DNA from: a virus
Taxonomy: Duplodnaviria > Heunggongvirae > Uroviricota > Caudoviricetes
Virus record (IMG/VR): IMGVR_UViG_3300009703_000007
Coordinates: 94,121 to 158,120 of that record
Direction: 5' to 3' (one strand)
DNA length: 64,000 nucleotides
This document shows, piece after piece, positions 20,175 through 31,208 of this stretch (position 1 is its first letter; every line of letters starts with the position of its first letter). A program made the translations under genes and the position numbers. The notes under the pieces are model-generated. The model was given only the letters and a program-made list of their open reading frames with translations. It ran no database searches and had not been told where the DNA came from.

Positions 20175-21333
20175 TGGGGGCCACCTCTACACTCTGTACA
20201 TCCTTTCCCAGTGCTATCCTCTCCAGAACCCGCCGGTTGACGCTTACCACGAAGTAGTCCTTCGGGTGCATCCATTTGATAGTGTTGGATTTCTGCCCAA
20301 AATCGGACGACTTACGCTTAGTGTAGTTCTTGACGTCCTTATATTGGGAGTCGTAAACACACAAGTCCCGTATGGTGTCTCTCATCGACTTGGGCACACG
20401 TGCAGTACCGTAGGGTACCAGGCCATCGTCGTCGGAATGACGTATGAGGGCAACCTTGTCTCGGTCTTCGGTGCCACCGACAATGACAAAGTACTCGGAT
20501 TCGTTGAGCACCACTGCAGACCACTTCTCTGAGTCGCCAACGGCTACCACTCCCGTCCATCTAGTGGCTACGCCGGGAAGGTCCGGGTATTCATTGTGTA
20601 GACCCACGTGGTAGAGGGAGCTTCTACTGTCCGCTGACGTCCACCTGTTGCGCTGACATAGGTCCAAGAGTCGTTCGCTACGAATAGCAAAGACTTCGTC
20701 TTCATCTGCAGATGAAATATCGTAAAGTACTAAATTAGGCTTGCTACCGCCGTGGAAATCCGCAGATTTCTTAGTAGCATGATCTTCCTGAGTAGGCGCT
20801 ACCCACGTAAGTATCCCGTGCAGCGTGTAAGTATCGGGCTCTCTACTCTTATGAAGTCCAGAACGTATACGGTTCGGTAGCTCGATCTGGCCGTGAGAAC
20901 TGGTGGCTGTTATAGTGCCCTCTGGAGTTACCGTCACTTCCACCGGAGTTCCTGAGTAGTACCGAGCGAATACGTCACCCTTCTTTGCCCGTGCCTTAAC
21001 TGCGGTTTTAGTGGTCTTGGAAAATCGCCCACCGAAGTGTGGGATCTTGTCTGGTGAGGTTACTGTCCCTTCCTTGACCTCATAGTGCCTGTCTACCAGT
21101 ACAGCTATGTCTCGCTTTATCTGATCGGAGGCTACTTCTGAGGGTGGCTTAGCTCCTCTAGCAGTGAACGTGATAATCCGCTGCTTGACGTTGTCGGGCT
21201 CGTCTAGGCGTCCCGTTTCGGTTTTTATCGAATTGGCACCAAGTGTTAGGCGCGTGAAGATAGCGGTCCCTGCCATGTCTTTAACAAGCAGAAATGTGTC
21301 GCCTCTCTTTGGGTTAACTTTGGATAGGTCCAA
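20167..21333 (-). CDS. hypothetical protein (388 aa)
   Basis: Long ORF with no confident motif. Confidence 0.5.
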   Translation of the reverse strand: MDLSKVNPKRGDTFLLVKDMAGTAIFTRLTLGANSIKTETGRLDEPDNVKQRIITFTARGAKPPSEVASDQIKRDIAVLVDRHYEVKEGTVTSPDKIPHFGGRFSKTTKTAVKARAKKGDVFARYYSGTPVEVTVTPEGTITATSSHGQIELPNRIRSGLHKSREPDTYTLHGILTWVAPTQEDHATKKSADFHGGSKPNLVLYDISSADEDEVFAIRSERLLDLCQRNRWTSADSRSSLYHVGLHNEYPDLPGVATRWTGVVAVGDSEKWSAVVLNESEYFVIVGGTEDRDKVALIRHSDDDGLVPYGTARVPKSMRDTIRDLCVYDSQYKDVKNYTKRKSSDFGQKSNTIKWMHPKDYFVVSVNRRVLERIALGKDVQSVEVAPSD

Positions 21334-21611
21334 CTATTCCTCTCTGAAATTGCTGCCCTAGTTCACAGGCAGAGTGCAGTGCTTCGTCCCGGCCCCGGGT
21401 AACGTAATCCGTGGAGAGCCAGACGAGCCGTAACAATTCAGCACGGCTTACACCATTGATCATCTCTGGTAGAGCTGATTTAAGGTTTTTGTTTAGTTTA
21501 TTAGTACGTATGTCGTTTAGAGACGTACCTCCAGAGAGCGCATCAGTTACTTCCAACGCACCCTCCAGCAACGACTTTACACGATGAGGATCTATTGCCA
21601 TTTGCGTTTCC

Positions 21612-22142
21612 TTAGGCGGACGCAGCGGCTCCGACAGTCTTCTTTACCGCGCGCTTGATAGCACGCCTGGACGTCTTTCCGGCACGCTCCTTGACGGCAG
21701 ACTTAGCTAGCGCTTTCACTGTGGAGCTGGCCTCAGCGGCCATGACGGTAACAGCCGCAGCAGGGGCTGCAGCCGCACGGGTGACAGGAGCTGCAGTCTG
21801 CACGACCCTGGACTTCTTAGTAGAAGTGTTCAAGGTAATACCTAGAGAAGAGGCGAAGGTCTGTACGTCTGCAAGGGTCACCGTACGACCCTTATCTACG
21901 CTGCGAACCATGGTTCCTGCGTAGTCCAGCGCCACAATCTGCGTACGCCGCTTATTTATGAAGATCAGAAACTGGCCGGGACGTAGAACGCCTCGGCCCT
22001 TGCTGGTCTGTGTAGGGGTACTGAACCGAAACCCGAACTCTGCAGCTCGACGTCGCAACCCAGGGGTTCCTCTACGTAGGTCGACCTGTATTAGCGCTTT
22101 GACGTTGGCGTCGGAAAAGTTTGATAAGGCAGTTGTTGCCAT
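21612..22142 (-). CDS. basic Ala/Lys-rich protein (histone H1-like C-terminal tail; possible DNA-binding)
   Basis: C-terminal tract AAAPAAAVTVMAAEASSTVKALAKSAVKERAGKTSRRAIKRAVKKTVGAAASA. Confidence 0.4.
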   Translation of the reverse strand: MATTALSNFSDANVKALIQVDLRRGTPGLRRRAAEFGFRFSTPTQTSKGRGVLRPGQFLIFINKRRTQIVALDYAGTMVRSVDKGRTVTLADVQTFASSLGITLNTSTKKSRVVQTAAPVTRAAAAPAAAVTVMAAEASSTVKALAKSAVKERAGKTSRRAIKRAVKKTVGAAASA

Positions 22143-22566
22143 GCTTTGCTTACCTGTGTATTCTTTGATTGATCTTTGTTAAATTAAGTCTTCGAAGGCG
22201 TCCGTGTAATCATCTAGCACGGAAGTCAACGCCTCGAGTTTAGCTTTTACCTTGGATGCTTTGGACGAGTCCGTCTCAAAGTCCTTGGCGTTTTTGGCGT
22301 AAGCCGTTACTAGGAACCCTATGAGTTCCCACACGAAAGCTGAGTGTTCCATGATCTCGGTGAGGCGGAGCACTAGTTCCAAGTCTGCGTAGGCAGTCGT
22401 AGTTACCTTGTCTACAACCTTGTCCTTCTCCAGCCTGAGATGAAATTTGACCTTAGGGTCCATGTCATCTTCAGGGGTTACAGGCGTCAGTATGCAAACG
22501 GGTGAGACCCTCTTCAACACCCACTTCTTGGATATCAGGGACTCTACTTGTCTAACAGAACTAGGT

Positions 22567-23502
22567 TCAGCTTTTCTTCCCACGGCATTTACTCCAGTAG
22601 CCACACCACTTAGGGCTGCAGCACCAACTGTCGGGAGGGCAGGTAGGGAAGCTACCCTTTGTTATACCATCCGCTACGCCTTTGACTACTTCTCCATACC
22701 AACGGAAGTCATCCTTGGTACGAGTAGCGCCTATCTGGACCACAGTTGGGTTTCGGTTACTCTTGACAAGGCAGTCGAATCGCACACGGTTGGTCCCCGT
22801 AGCGAGCGCGTACCCCGTAAGTTGAAGGTCGTTGTCGATGTCCTTCTGAGACTTCTTTCTCTTAACAACCTTTGTGTCCGCCACTACTGTGGCGTTACTC
22901 TGCATGTTACAAAGCAGAGACCGTTGACATGCGCTCTTCTCTGCAGCATTCTCACACGTGCAAGGAGGAACTCCATCCGGAACTTCGGGCGCGGTGTCTA
23001 TGAGGTCGATGTAGCCGAGCATGGGAACGCCCTCTACCAAGTACTCCACCTTCTTTTCCACCTCTATTGGGCGTATAGTAGGCAGCGTATTCTGGTAGTA
23101 ATTCTTTACAAGCTTGACACCCATATCTTTTGTATTGATGTCTGCGTCCCGGTCATCAGGGTCTGCAACCAACTCCATGTCAGTGTGCATAGCATCCCAC
23201 TTGTCCGAGAATTCAGCTACCGTAGCCTCTTGAGGTAACGGTCTACCTGTGTCTATAGTTTGTTGGTGTGTCTTCTCGACAGCGTGATGCAGAGCGGAGC
23301 CCATCACCATGGCTATGCCTGGGGGGTTGGTGTCTCCTTTGATGTAACGAAACTCGTACTGTCTGGGACAACGCAAGTACATGTTGATCTGAGATACACT
23401 CATGTACTCTCGAGGCAGTATAAACTCGGTCGATGCTTTACCTAGTACCTCGGATTTGTCTGTGCTGGGTAGTGAGACTACCTCGTCGTCGAGGCCCTTC
23501 AC
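22567..23502 (-). CDS. PD-(D/E)XK nuclease, Cas4/RecB-family with Cys cluster
   Basis: N-terminal YMSVSQINMYLRCPRQYEF. GYIDLID. QLTGYALA. C-terminal CCSPKWCGYWSKC. Confidence 0.55.
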   Translation of the reverse strand: MKGLDDEVVSLPSTDKSEVLGKASTEFILPREYMSVSQINMYLRCPRQYEFRYIKGDTNPPGIAMVMGSALHHAVEKTHQQTIDTGRPLPQEATVAEFSDKWDAMHTDMELVADPDDRDADINTKDMGVKLVKNYYQNTLPTIRPIEVEKKVEYLVEGVPMLGYIDLIDTAPEVPDGVPPCTCENAAEKSACQRSLLCNMQSNATVVADTKVVKRKKSQKDIDNDLQLTGYALATGTNRVRFDCLVKSNRNPTVVQIGATRTKDDFRWYGEVVKGVADGITKGSFPTCPPDSWCCSPKWCGYWSKCRGKKS

Positions 23503-23987
23503 TCCAGGTCAACCACCAGCTCCGCGTCGATGTCGGTGCTGTACCAAACTTCTTTCCACATCTCGATAGCTAAAGCTTGGGTGCACCCTTTCGACAGAGC
23601 ATCTGCCAAGGGGGCCCAATCTGCGTCTCTGCGGTGCCATCGGTACTCAACGCTAAATTGAGAGTCCCTGCAGAGAGATATGATCTTGTGTTTCAGTCCA
23701 CGTAGAGTGGCGTTGTTTACCTTGTAAACTCCGCGCATTTGTCTCACTACAAGCTGGGAATCGCACCAAACCGTCACTTTATCTGGTTCAAGTGGCCCCT
23801 CTTTAATGAGCTCTAGGCCCCGTAGCACCGCTGTATACTCTGCGATGTTGTTGGTGCCGCGATCGAGCTTTTCGTGCGCTGCGCCGTAGAGTACTTTGCC
23901 TTCTACGTCGTGCCACATCATGCCGACCGCCATAGGTCCGGGGTTAGAAGGCATAGCGCTGCCATCCACCACTAGTTCTAGGTCCAT
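23499..23987 (-). CDS. ribonuclease H (RNase HI-like)
   Basis: VDGSA...NPGP. NNIAEYTAVLRGLE. VWCDSQLVV. RDADWAPLADALSKG. Confidence 0.85.
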   Translation of the reverse strand: MDLELVVDGSAMPSNPGPMAVGMMWHDVEGKVLYGAAHEKLDRGTNNIAEYTAVLRGLELIKEGPLEPDKVTVWCDSQLVVRQMRGVYKVNNATLRGLKHKIISLCRDSQFSVEYRWHRRDADWAPLADALSKGCTQALAIEMWKEVWYSTDIDAELVVDLE

Positions 23988-24011
23988 ATATTCTTAAATA
24001 AACTCCTGAGA

Positions 24012-24563
24012 TCAGAGGCTTATACCACGGAGTAAACCGTCTTTCTGTCCCCACTGAGTCTTGGTATCCATCATATCGGAGAAGTCTGCCAACACACGGA
24101 TGGGCCCTCGTATGATGGAGGTGCCATACGCGAATACGAAATTGCCGTAGTCTGATATGATAGGAGAGAACGAATGAAACATCAGGGTATAGTAGAAGTC
24201 CCTAGCAGACTCGTAGGCCTTCTCACTTTTGACTAGGCCTGTAACCCAACTTGAGTGTATGGGGTGTAGCTGCTTTGGTCCTGTCTTCTTGCCACGCACG
24301 GGTATGGTTACCAGGTACTCCATGTCCTGTCTCCACGACACACCTGACGCTGAGACAGAGGACATTGACTGTAGCTCAGTGACGTATTTATCGGGCACTA
24401 GGCTCATATCTATAGCGCGGTTGGAGAGCGCTTCTCTATCAGGGTCCAGGATAGGTGGCTGATAGAAGTTGAGGTAGTGCACACGGAACGCGCCTCGTCT
24501 AAGAGGAGAGTCTCCCCTCTTGAAGTCCCCTAGTAGTTTGTCGAAAACCCTTTGTTTGAACAT
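24012..24563 (-). CDS. hypothetical protein
   Basis: 183-aa ORF. Confidence 0.4.
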   Translation of the reverse strand: MFKQRVFDKLLGDFKRGDSPLRRGAFRVHYLNFYQPPILDPDREALSNRAIDMSLVPDKYVTELQSMSSVSASGVSWRQDMEYLVTIPVRGKKTGPKQLHPIHSSWVTGLVKSEKAYESARDFYYTLMFHSFSPIISDYGNFVFAYGTSIIRGPIRVLADFSDMMDTKTQWGQKDGLLRGISL

Positions 24564-24574
24564 TCTTCATAATA

Positions 24575-26500
24575 CTAGGTGGTTTGCTTCGGGGTTAGTT
24601 TCATTACTACTTTGTCTTTTGTATTTTGGAGGATACAGCCCTTCCTCCAGGGAAGTATCTTCAGCAACGCACACCTGTCAACGTGCTCAGTACACGTGCC
24701 ACATTCCACGCGAGTCATGAGGAGGTCCTTGACTTCCGTCTTACTTCTCAACGCCTCCAGAATGATACTCTCAACGGAGTTCTCCACGTAGAAGATGTAC
24801 TCGAATATCTCCGGTGCTTTCTGTGTGCGTCGATAGTTCCTGCCTCTAGCTTGTTCGTAGTCTTTCAGGTCGAAGCTGAGAGAGTAAAAGAATATGTATT
24901 TAGCCCGGACCAAGTTGATCCCCACCAGCGTCGATATCTGTGCCAGGAACACTTTGACGTTATCGTCGTTCTCGAACTTGTCAGCTAGTGCATGGAGTTT
25001 CTTAGCCGTAGTACCTTGCAGTACCTCTACGAACTCAACTCCCTTGTCCACCAGCGCAGCGCGAATATTGTCCGCATCCTTCCGAAACCGAAACGTTATG
25101 ATGACAGCGTTGCTGGGGTCCTGCATCACGTCATCCAACTTATCCATCATGGCATTCAGCTTTGGGTTTTTTTTGAGAGTGATCAGCGTCGGCGTGGGCT
25201 TCTTCTTTACAATGTTGCACGCCAAGGTGTAGGGTTTTATGTTGGCCTCAACACAATCCTCCAAGAATGCACAGGTGTTGCATATGTTGGGGTCCCTGTT
25301 GTGCAGGCTTAGAAACGACCCACAAATCTCATGCACCTTACCCAGTCTGGTGATAGGCTCTGTGAACTTGGCGGACTCGTTGGTCTCTGTGTTGTAGACC
25401 TCGTGGGTGGATAGTATTTCATTGTATAGCTTCCCCTGCTCTTTGGTCATCTTCACTGGAACAGCTATAACCCGCCTGGTGGTGGCTATCTTGTCATCTA
25501 TTTTAACGACGGTGCCCACAGAGTGTATTTTCTTGTTGAGCCTAGATAGGTTCTTATACCCCACAACTATTTTGTTGTTGGTGGGGGACTTCTTGAGATA
25601 AGACTCGCAAAACTTGTAAAAGGACGTTCCAACGGTGTGGGGGGCTAGGAAGTGGAGCTGGCCAAATACGTGGCGAGGGTCGCCTAGTGTAGCTGTCCCC
25701 GTAGCTATGATTCGCCTGTAGGCTCTACGAGACATGTCCACTGCTGTCTGTGTGTTTCCAGATGACCACGACTGCAGCTTATGGGACTCGTCCGCTATGA
25801 CCATGTCGTAGTGAAAGTGTTCCTTAACTCTCTTGGCGTAGTCGCCTCTGGATAGCTGCTCGTACGTGGCGATCAAGAAGTCACTACCCGCTGCCGCTTC
25901 TACTGACGCCTTCTTCTTAGCTGTATTATAACCGTCCAGCACGGAAACTTTGAACTCATCAGGGGCAGAGTGTTTTGCTATCTCGTCGGGCCAGTTCCAA
26001 AGAACTGAGGACTTTACTATGCACAGTACCCGCGGTGCCTGGGACTTGGATATAAAGGACGATTGCCTGCCCGTCTCAGCCAACCACCTGAGGTACCTAA
26101 CCGTGTCGATAGCCACCTTGGTTTTGCCTAGCCCACAGTCCAAGAACAGGCCGCTTCGAAGGCAACGCATAGCGTGCCCCACCGAGGACTTTTGATAAGA
26201 GTCGGGCGGGGTTATCCACTGGAACTCATCGTCCAGTAGTGTGCCCGGATCTTCGACGTCAAGAGCTTCCTGAGACTTAAGAAAATCCGCGGCTGCCGTG
26301 GTGAGCGACACTTCCCTTGGGAACAGCGCGCGATAGTCGTTTAGAGCTATGTTGTGAAAAGGGTAGTACGCAGGGTGGTACCACAGCCCTTTACTCACGT
26401 CATGCGCTCCGCCGTAAATCCGAGGCTGATCCCTGGAAAACGACCTTGCGACGAACAATGGCGTCGCGTTTATGTATGTTAATCCTACTTTAACTGTCAC
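24575..26500 (-). CDS. SF2 helicase (SNF2/DEAD-like)
   Basis: Walker A GLGKTKV. DESH box VIADESHKL. Motif VI QARGRNYRRTQ. Confidence 0.8.
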   Translation of the reverse strand: MTVKVGLTYINATPLFVARSFSRDQPRIYGGAHDVSKGLWYHPAYYPFHNIALNDYRALFPREVSLTTAAADFLKSQEALDVEDPGTLLDDEFQWITPPDSYQKSSVGHAMRCLRSGLFLDCGLGKTKVAIDTVRYLRWLAETGRQSSFISKSQAPRVLCIVKSSVLWNWPDEIAKHSAPDEFKVSVLDGYNTAKKKASVEAAAGSDFLIATYEQLSRGDYAKRVKEHFHYDMVIADESHKLQSWSSGNTQTAVDMSRRAYRRIIATGTATLGDPRHVFGQLHFLAPHTVGTSFYKFCESYLKKSPTNNKIVVGYKNLSRLNKKIHSVGTVVKIDDKIATTRRVIAVPVKMTKEQGKLYNEILSTHEVYNTETNESAKFTEPITRLGKVHEICGSFLSLHNRDPNICNTCAFLEDCVEANIKPYTLACNIVKKKPTPTLITLKKNPKLNAMMDKLDDVMQDPSNAVIITFRFRKDADNIRAALVDKGVEFVEVLQGTTAKKLHALADKFENDDNVKVFLAQISTLVGINLVRAKYIFFYSLSFDLKDYEQARGRNYRRTQKAPEIFEYIFYVENSVESIILEALRSKTEVKDLLMTRVECGTCTEHVDRCALLKILPWRKGCILQNTKDKVVMKLTPKQTT

Positions 26501-26549
26501 GTTATGTTACTTGTACAACCTAATATACTCTTGAACGAGGTAATATTGA

Positions 26550-28286
26550 ATGGCAAATCCAGGACCGCTTCCGTATAACTACGACATCGTTGGGCAGCGA
26601 AGGCTCATATCGAACCCACTGTTCATGGTGCTCCGGAGTTTCATCCCTGAGCGAATCAAGGAGGTGTTCTTACTTTGTGATTTCCTAGTGTACAATAGCG
26701 AGCAGGTGCTTGCTGCACTGAAGAAATTTTCTGAGTACCCGGTTACAGATCTCTCAATTACAGCTAAGACCGACTCACTCACCAATAAGTATAAGTCTCT
26801 TCTAAACGACACACTGGGCATGAAGAGTAAGAACTTGATAGGTGGCTTCGACCTTATGCTCTACGGCAACGGGTTTTACTCTCTATACTATCCGTTTACT
26901 CGTTACCTAAGCTGCGTTAAATGCGAGCATCGAACCAACATCAACAAGGCTGAGTATTCGTTCAATTCCAAGAGCTTTACGTTCAACCACAAGTGCGAGA
27001 ACTGTGGTCACAAGGTAGCCGCTTTGATGGACAAGCCGAACAAGGTGCCGGAGAGCTTGTCGGTAATTCGCTGGGACCCCAAGGACATCGCCATCAACTA
27101 TGAACCGATGTCTGACACGTCTGAGTACTACCTCCGTGTTTCTGAGATCACCATAGACAAAATACTGAAGGGTGATAAGCACGTCATATCCAAGATACCT
27201 CTTGCTATCTTCAACACTATACAGAAGCAACAGCTGGGCAAGGACGGGCAGCCGGTACTGTTCAAGTTCAAGTCCGACGAGCTGTACCACATGAAAACCC
27301 CGGCACCAGCAGGGATCAACTACGGCTGGGGCATCCCGCCTATCATGGCAGCGCTTAACGCTGTGTTCTATGTCAACACTCTTCGCAAGGCAAACGAGGC
27401 TATCGCCCTAGAGAGAATGCTGAGCTTCCGTGTACTCCATCCAGGGCAACGTACCAGCAGTGCAGAGCCGGCGGCGCGCATACGTCTAGACACGTGGGTG
27501 GACAATATGAAGCAGAACTATGAAAGGTTCCGCGTTGACCAGAACCACGTTATGTTCAGCCCGGTACCTGTAGAGTCGTCCAGTATTGGTGGCGACGGAA
27601 AGCTACTTATGACCATAGGAGAGCTTGAGGCTGCAGAGACCAATATCCTCCTGGCGTTGGGTATACCTAGAGAATTCGTGTACGGTGGCCTTAATAACCT
27701 CGGGGGAAGCATTACGCTGCGCAACCTTGAGAACCAGCTCTTTAATCATAGTGAGATGCTGGAGCGGTTCAGTCAGTGGGTGGCGGACAGGTGCGCTGCT
27801 TTCCTAGGCTGGGCTAAGGTAGAGGTGACTATGCCTCCCTTCAAGCTGATCGACGACGTGCAGCAGAAGGCAGCTGACATGCAGATGTACGCGCAAGGAC
27901 TACTGTCCAAACATACATTACTTCAGATGCATAGCCACGACTACGACGACGAACGCCGCTTCCTGCAGGAAGAGGCCGTTGACGACCATAAGTTCCAGCA
28001 GGAAGTTGCAGAAAAGGTGGAGGAGATATCCAACGCACTGCAGACCCAGGTCAAGCAGCAGGCGGGCGGCGGTGGTATGGGATCCGACGCTATCCTACAA
28101 CAAGCGTATCAGTACTTTGAAGAGTTGTCACAGATGCCCTATGAGCAACGCAAATCGGCGCTCTATCAGCTACAACAACAGGACTACGTTACGTACAGTG
28201 TGGTCAGTAAATTGATGTCGGAGCAAACCGATGGCGATGGTGTACAGCCGGCTCCTGACCAAGCGCAGGTACAGGGAGTGATGTAA
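26550..28286 (+). CDS. portal-like protein (putative)
   Basis: 578 aa. Size and an acidic, Q-rich C-terminus are consistent with podovirus-type portals. It also carries an unusual Cys4 ribbon, CVKCEH...CENCGH. Confidence 0.4.
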   Translation: MANPGPLPYNYDIVGQRRLISNPLFMVLRSFIPERIKEVFLLCDFLVYNSEQVLAALKKFSEYPVTDLSITAKTDSLTNKYKSLLNDTLGMKSKNLIGGFDLMLYGNGFYSLYYPFTRYLSCVKCEHRTNINKAEYSFNSKSFTFNHKCENCGHKVAALMDKPNKVPESLSVIRWDPKDIAINYEPMSDTSEYYLRVSEITIDKILKGDKHVISKIPLAIFNTIQKQQLGKDGQPVLFKFKSDELYHMKTPAPAGINYGWGIPPIMAALNAVFYVNTLRKANEAIALERMLSFRVLHPGQRTSSAEPAARIRLDTWVDNMKQNYERFRVDQNHVMFSPVPVESSSIGGDGKLLMTIGELEAAETNILLALGIPREFVYGGLNNLGGSITLRNLENQLFNHSEMLERFSQWVADRCAAFLGWAKVEVTMPPFKLIDDVQQKAADMQMYAQGLLSKHTLLQMHSHDYDDERRFLQEEAVDDHKFQQEVAEKVEEISNALQTQVKQQAGGGGMGSDAILQQAYQYFEELSQMPYEQRKSALYQLQQQDYVTYSVVSKLMSEQTDGDGVQPAPDQAQVQGVM

Positions 28287-28287
28287 A

Positions 28288-28638
28288 TTGTCTGGAAGTA
28301 ACCCACTAGAGGACCTCACCACAGGAAGCGAGCTGATCGACCAGCTGGTAGGCGCAGGCATACCTGGACTATGGCCTTCTCCGGCGCAGAAAGTCGACGG
28401 CAGCAAACTGGAGCCGGGAAAGAAGAACCAGGATTGGAAGGCACGTTACGCCAAGTTCAGCATACAGGATGAAACAGGAGACCGTTACTTAGAGGAGATC
28501 ATGACCAAAGTACTTAGAGGAGAATTCGTCTTTGGTAGCGAGGTCAGTACATTCGATAAATTCGGTAATGCTTACGTGTTGGTCAAGTGGTACGAGCCGG
28601 TGCCTAAAAAGAAAAAGAAGGGAGAGGCCAAGAGCTAA
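28288..28638 (+). CDS. hypothetical protein (Lys-rich C-terminus)
   Basis: 116 aa. Coupled to the portal-like gene by an ATGA overlap. Confidence 0.4.
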   Translation: MSGSNPLEDLTTGSELIDQLVGAGIPGLWPSPAQKVDGSKLEPGKKNQDWKARYAKFSIQDETGDRYLEEIMTKVLRGEFVFGSEVSTFDKFGNAYVLVKWYEPVPKKKKKGEAKS

Positions 28639-29301
28639 AGGGGAAGCGGCATTCGCAGCCCACCACCCCCGGCGTGAAGCCGTTCAAAAACGGCCCCTGT
28701 GCCCGATCGTACTATCTGTATTCAGCTGTTGCCGGAGCGATCTTGGCAGGCTTTACCAACCTGGATCTGGCCCTGGCTCTGGAGGGTCTGTTATCTCTAC
28801 AGGAGAGAGGGTCGACCGCCTAGTGAATTCGATTATACCACCTCGGCCCGCTAAGGGGCCTGGTTTGGGTTTCTGGGGATCGACGGCACCACCCGACGAC
28901 ACTTTCGAATCAGATTGCTCGGTACTTCTATACACTCCGTCCTTTCTCCAGTGGAGCTCACCACCTTGAGCTCGAGTTCAACCGCAAATGGTCCCACCTT
29001 GGTGATCCTCCCCTTCACGCGATTCCCCTCCTCTTCCCGAATGGATCGAGAAAGAGTGAGTTCTACGTGCCGGTTGCGGTGTGGCGATGTCACGGTGGTA
29101 CCCCTCATGTGGTACAACGCCCGGTCAATCCAAGGTGCTCCAACAAGGACAATCAACAGCTTTGCTAGGGTCAGCGTAGGCTCCTTGTGGGATGTTCCCT
29201 TACTTATACCACAAATGAGAGCTAAAAGCAGGGCAGCGTTAGCTACCCCACCTCGGAGTGGAGTGTAGACGCACCCTCTTATACCTTATTAAGTCAGCGT
29301 T

Positions 29302-29595
29302 TTAGTCTGACCAAAGTAGTGGAATAGAGAACAACGCAAACATCCAGTACACAGGCCAAATAATAATGACCATACAAGTCAGTATAAACCGGGGTTTGGC
29401 CGGAGCTGTGTGCTGGAACACTCCCGTGCGTGCCAGTCTGAGTTTGCTGGCCATGTCGCGGTCACCCATGCCTTTGAAGTGTCTTTCCAGGCGTAGACAC
29501 AGCGCGGTGAAGCCTTGGAACGTCATACCTGCTACGGCGGTCATCGCTCCTACGAACATGTAGCCGAGCATAGGGTGGCTAAAAAGAATATCCAT
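29302..29595 (-). CDS. small membrane protein
   Basis: Hydrophobic segments in a 97-aa ORF. Confidence 0.4.
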   Translation of the reverse strand: MDILFSHPMLGYMFVGAMTAVAGMTFQGFTALCLRLERHFKGMGDRDMASKLRLARTGVFQHTAPAKPRFILTCMVIIIWPVYWMFALFSIPLLWSD

Positions 29596-30241
29596 TACTG
29601 ATGTACCTCCGGTACGTTTTGCTTATGTGGTTTGTGGGATTGGCTTGGCCAGGAGCCCATTCCAACATACGCCTGATACCGTTTCTAGTATTGGCGCGGG
29701 GGTTGTCGTTAGACGCGTCGTGCGTAGGTAGTTGGTAAGGGAAGTCATCCCACCTGTGCCAGCCCGCCATAAACAGATGTGCTTTGGGGAACAACATGAA
29801 CGGCCTCAGCACGTTGCCCTTAGTAGGGGGCATGTACCTACTTTGCCTTACATTGCCCTTTAGTACCTGCATCGTATACCAGGTAACAGCGTCATCCAAG
29901 TGGTGTCCCACTACTACGGGAACGTCTTGCGCTTCGTAGATGTCCCTGCGCTGTCTAGACCACACACCCTCGGAAGCCTTGTCCAGCTTGTATGTCTTAA
30001 CTTCTACGTCTAGAGACTCACCTGCTTTTAGTACTTGTGTCTCTGTATAGTCCGCGTCACGTGTACTGTGATTAACATGCACAATGTGCGTAACCTTACA
30101 GCGATGTCTATACGGACCTAGCCTGAGCACCTGCCAAGCCGCTGTGGAGTCTTCTCCTCCCGACAAGGCTACGCAGACCTTGGGAGGCAGCCAGGTCGTC
30201 AGAGGGTATTTAAGAGGGATCTCTTTTGGGTTTCTTCGCAT
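29579..30241 (-). CDS. PP-loop ATPase, tRNA(Ile)-lysidine synthetase (TilS) N-terminal-domain-like
   Basis: SGGxDS P-loop VALSGGEDSTA. HVNHSTRDAD matches TilS HVxHGLR. VGHHLDDAVTWYTM matches TilS AQHLDDQCETFLL. Confidence 0.6.
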   Translation of the reverse strand: MRRNPKEIPLKYPLTTWLPPKVCVALSGGEDSTAAWQVLRLGPYRHRCKVTHIVHVNHSTRDADYTETQVLKAGESLDVEVKTYKLDKASEGVWSRQRRDIYEAQDVPVVVGHHLDDAVTWYTMQVLKGNVRQSRYMPPTKGNVLRPFMLFPKAHLFMAGWHRWDDFPYQLPTHDASNDNPRANTRNGIRRMLEWAPGQANPTNHISKTYRRYISNGYSF

Positions 30242-30491
30242 GCGTCACCTAAAGAAGAGGGTTAGCTTAAGGCTGGGGTGGGGAAGGACAGCCAGCGTCC
30301 TTCCCCGTTCGGCTCTGCCTTTTCACGAAGTGAGTAGTTAATTGCCTGTGGCAGTTTAACTCTAACGCGAACCCCTCGTGAGCGTGATTGAGTTAGATCG
30401 CCTATGGCAAATTAAGTATGCACTTTCGTGAATTTAAGAAAACGTCGATAGCGAAGTGGCTTCGCTCTGTTGCCTGCAAGAGGCGGCAGAC

Positions 30492-30515
30492 CAGAGCCGA
30501 GGCTCTGTCTTTTCG
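30492..30515 (+). terminator. hairpin + T-tract (cagagc-cgag-gctctg tcttttcg), intrinsic-terminator-like
   Basis: 6-7 bp GC-rich stem followed by TCTTTTCG. No obvious upstream plus-strand gene. Confidence 0.3.
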
Positions 30516-31167
30516 TGTTGACAGTAGACGACTAGGGCTACTACCCGCGCAGGGAGAAACTCGTTATAGAGCTTCCTTATGGAACTCGAGTTCTTCTCGC
30601 GCCAGGCAGGACTGCTTGGAAGAGCTGACAAAATTCCCAGCTGTTCGAGCTCGGGGCAAATGTGTTTCGATTTGAAACACTAAGACCCATAGACCTTCCT
30701 GGAATGGAAATTACATTACCACATTTTCCATACTTTCGGTAGTAATTACGGCCGTTTGTATGATTAATTCAGTAATTAATAACATTATTAATTATAAAGC
30801 CCAACGCGACCGAATCCGACGGTTTTACCCTGAGGAGAGGGTGTAGGAGGCCGTCCTGGACGGACTGCCGATACACCTATGGAGCGTGGGTTTATAAAGT
30901 AACTACGTCGACGTTGCGTCGACCCTACTTTGCCTAAGCAAAAGATTAGGGCTAGTAGCTTACTGTGTCATCTACTGTCTATTCACGTGAACGATTCTTT
31001 CCACTTGTGCACCTTCCCCTACCGAAAAATCTAGAGGCCTCCAGGACCTCGAGCTCGCTTCAGTGTAACGTTAGCGCTAATGCCGACGGAGCCGGAGTGC
31101 ACGCAAAATTATACTGCAGTAAGATCTTGAGACCCTAGGTGTCTTTACATTTTATCGGCGACACGTG

Positions 31168-31208
31168 TTGATATATCAAAGGTTATTTACAACCCAGTGC
31201 TATATAAT
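31168..31208 (+). promoter_or_regulatory. perfect 12-nt palindrome TTGATATATCAA followed by an extended -10 (TGcTATATAAT) upstream of the RNAP gene
   Basis: Palindrome at 31168-31179. TGnTATATA/TATAAT at 31198-31208. Another -35/-10-like pair (gtgatt-17-taaaat) lies at ~31497-31525 just before the RBS agagg. Confidence 0.35.
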
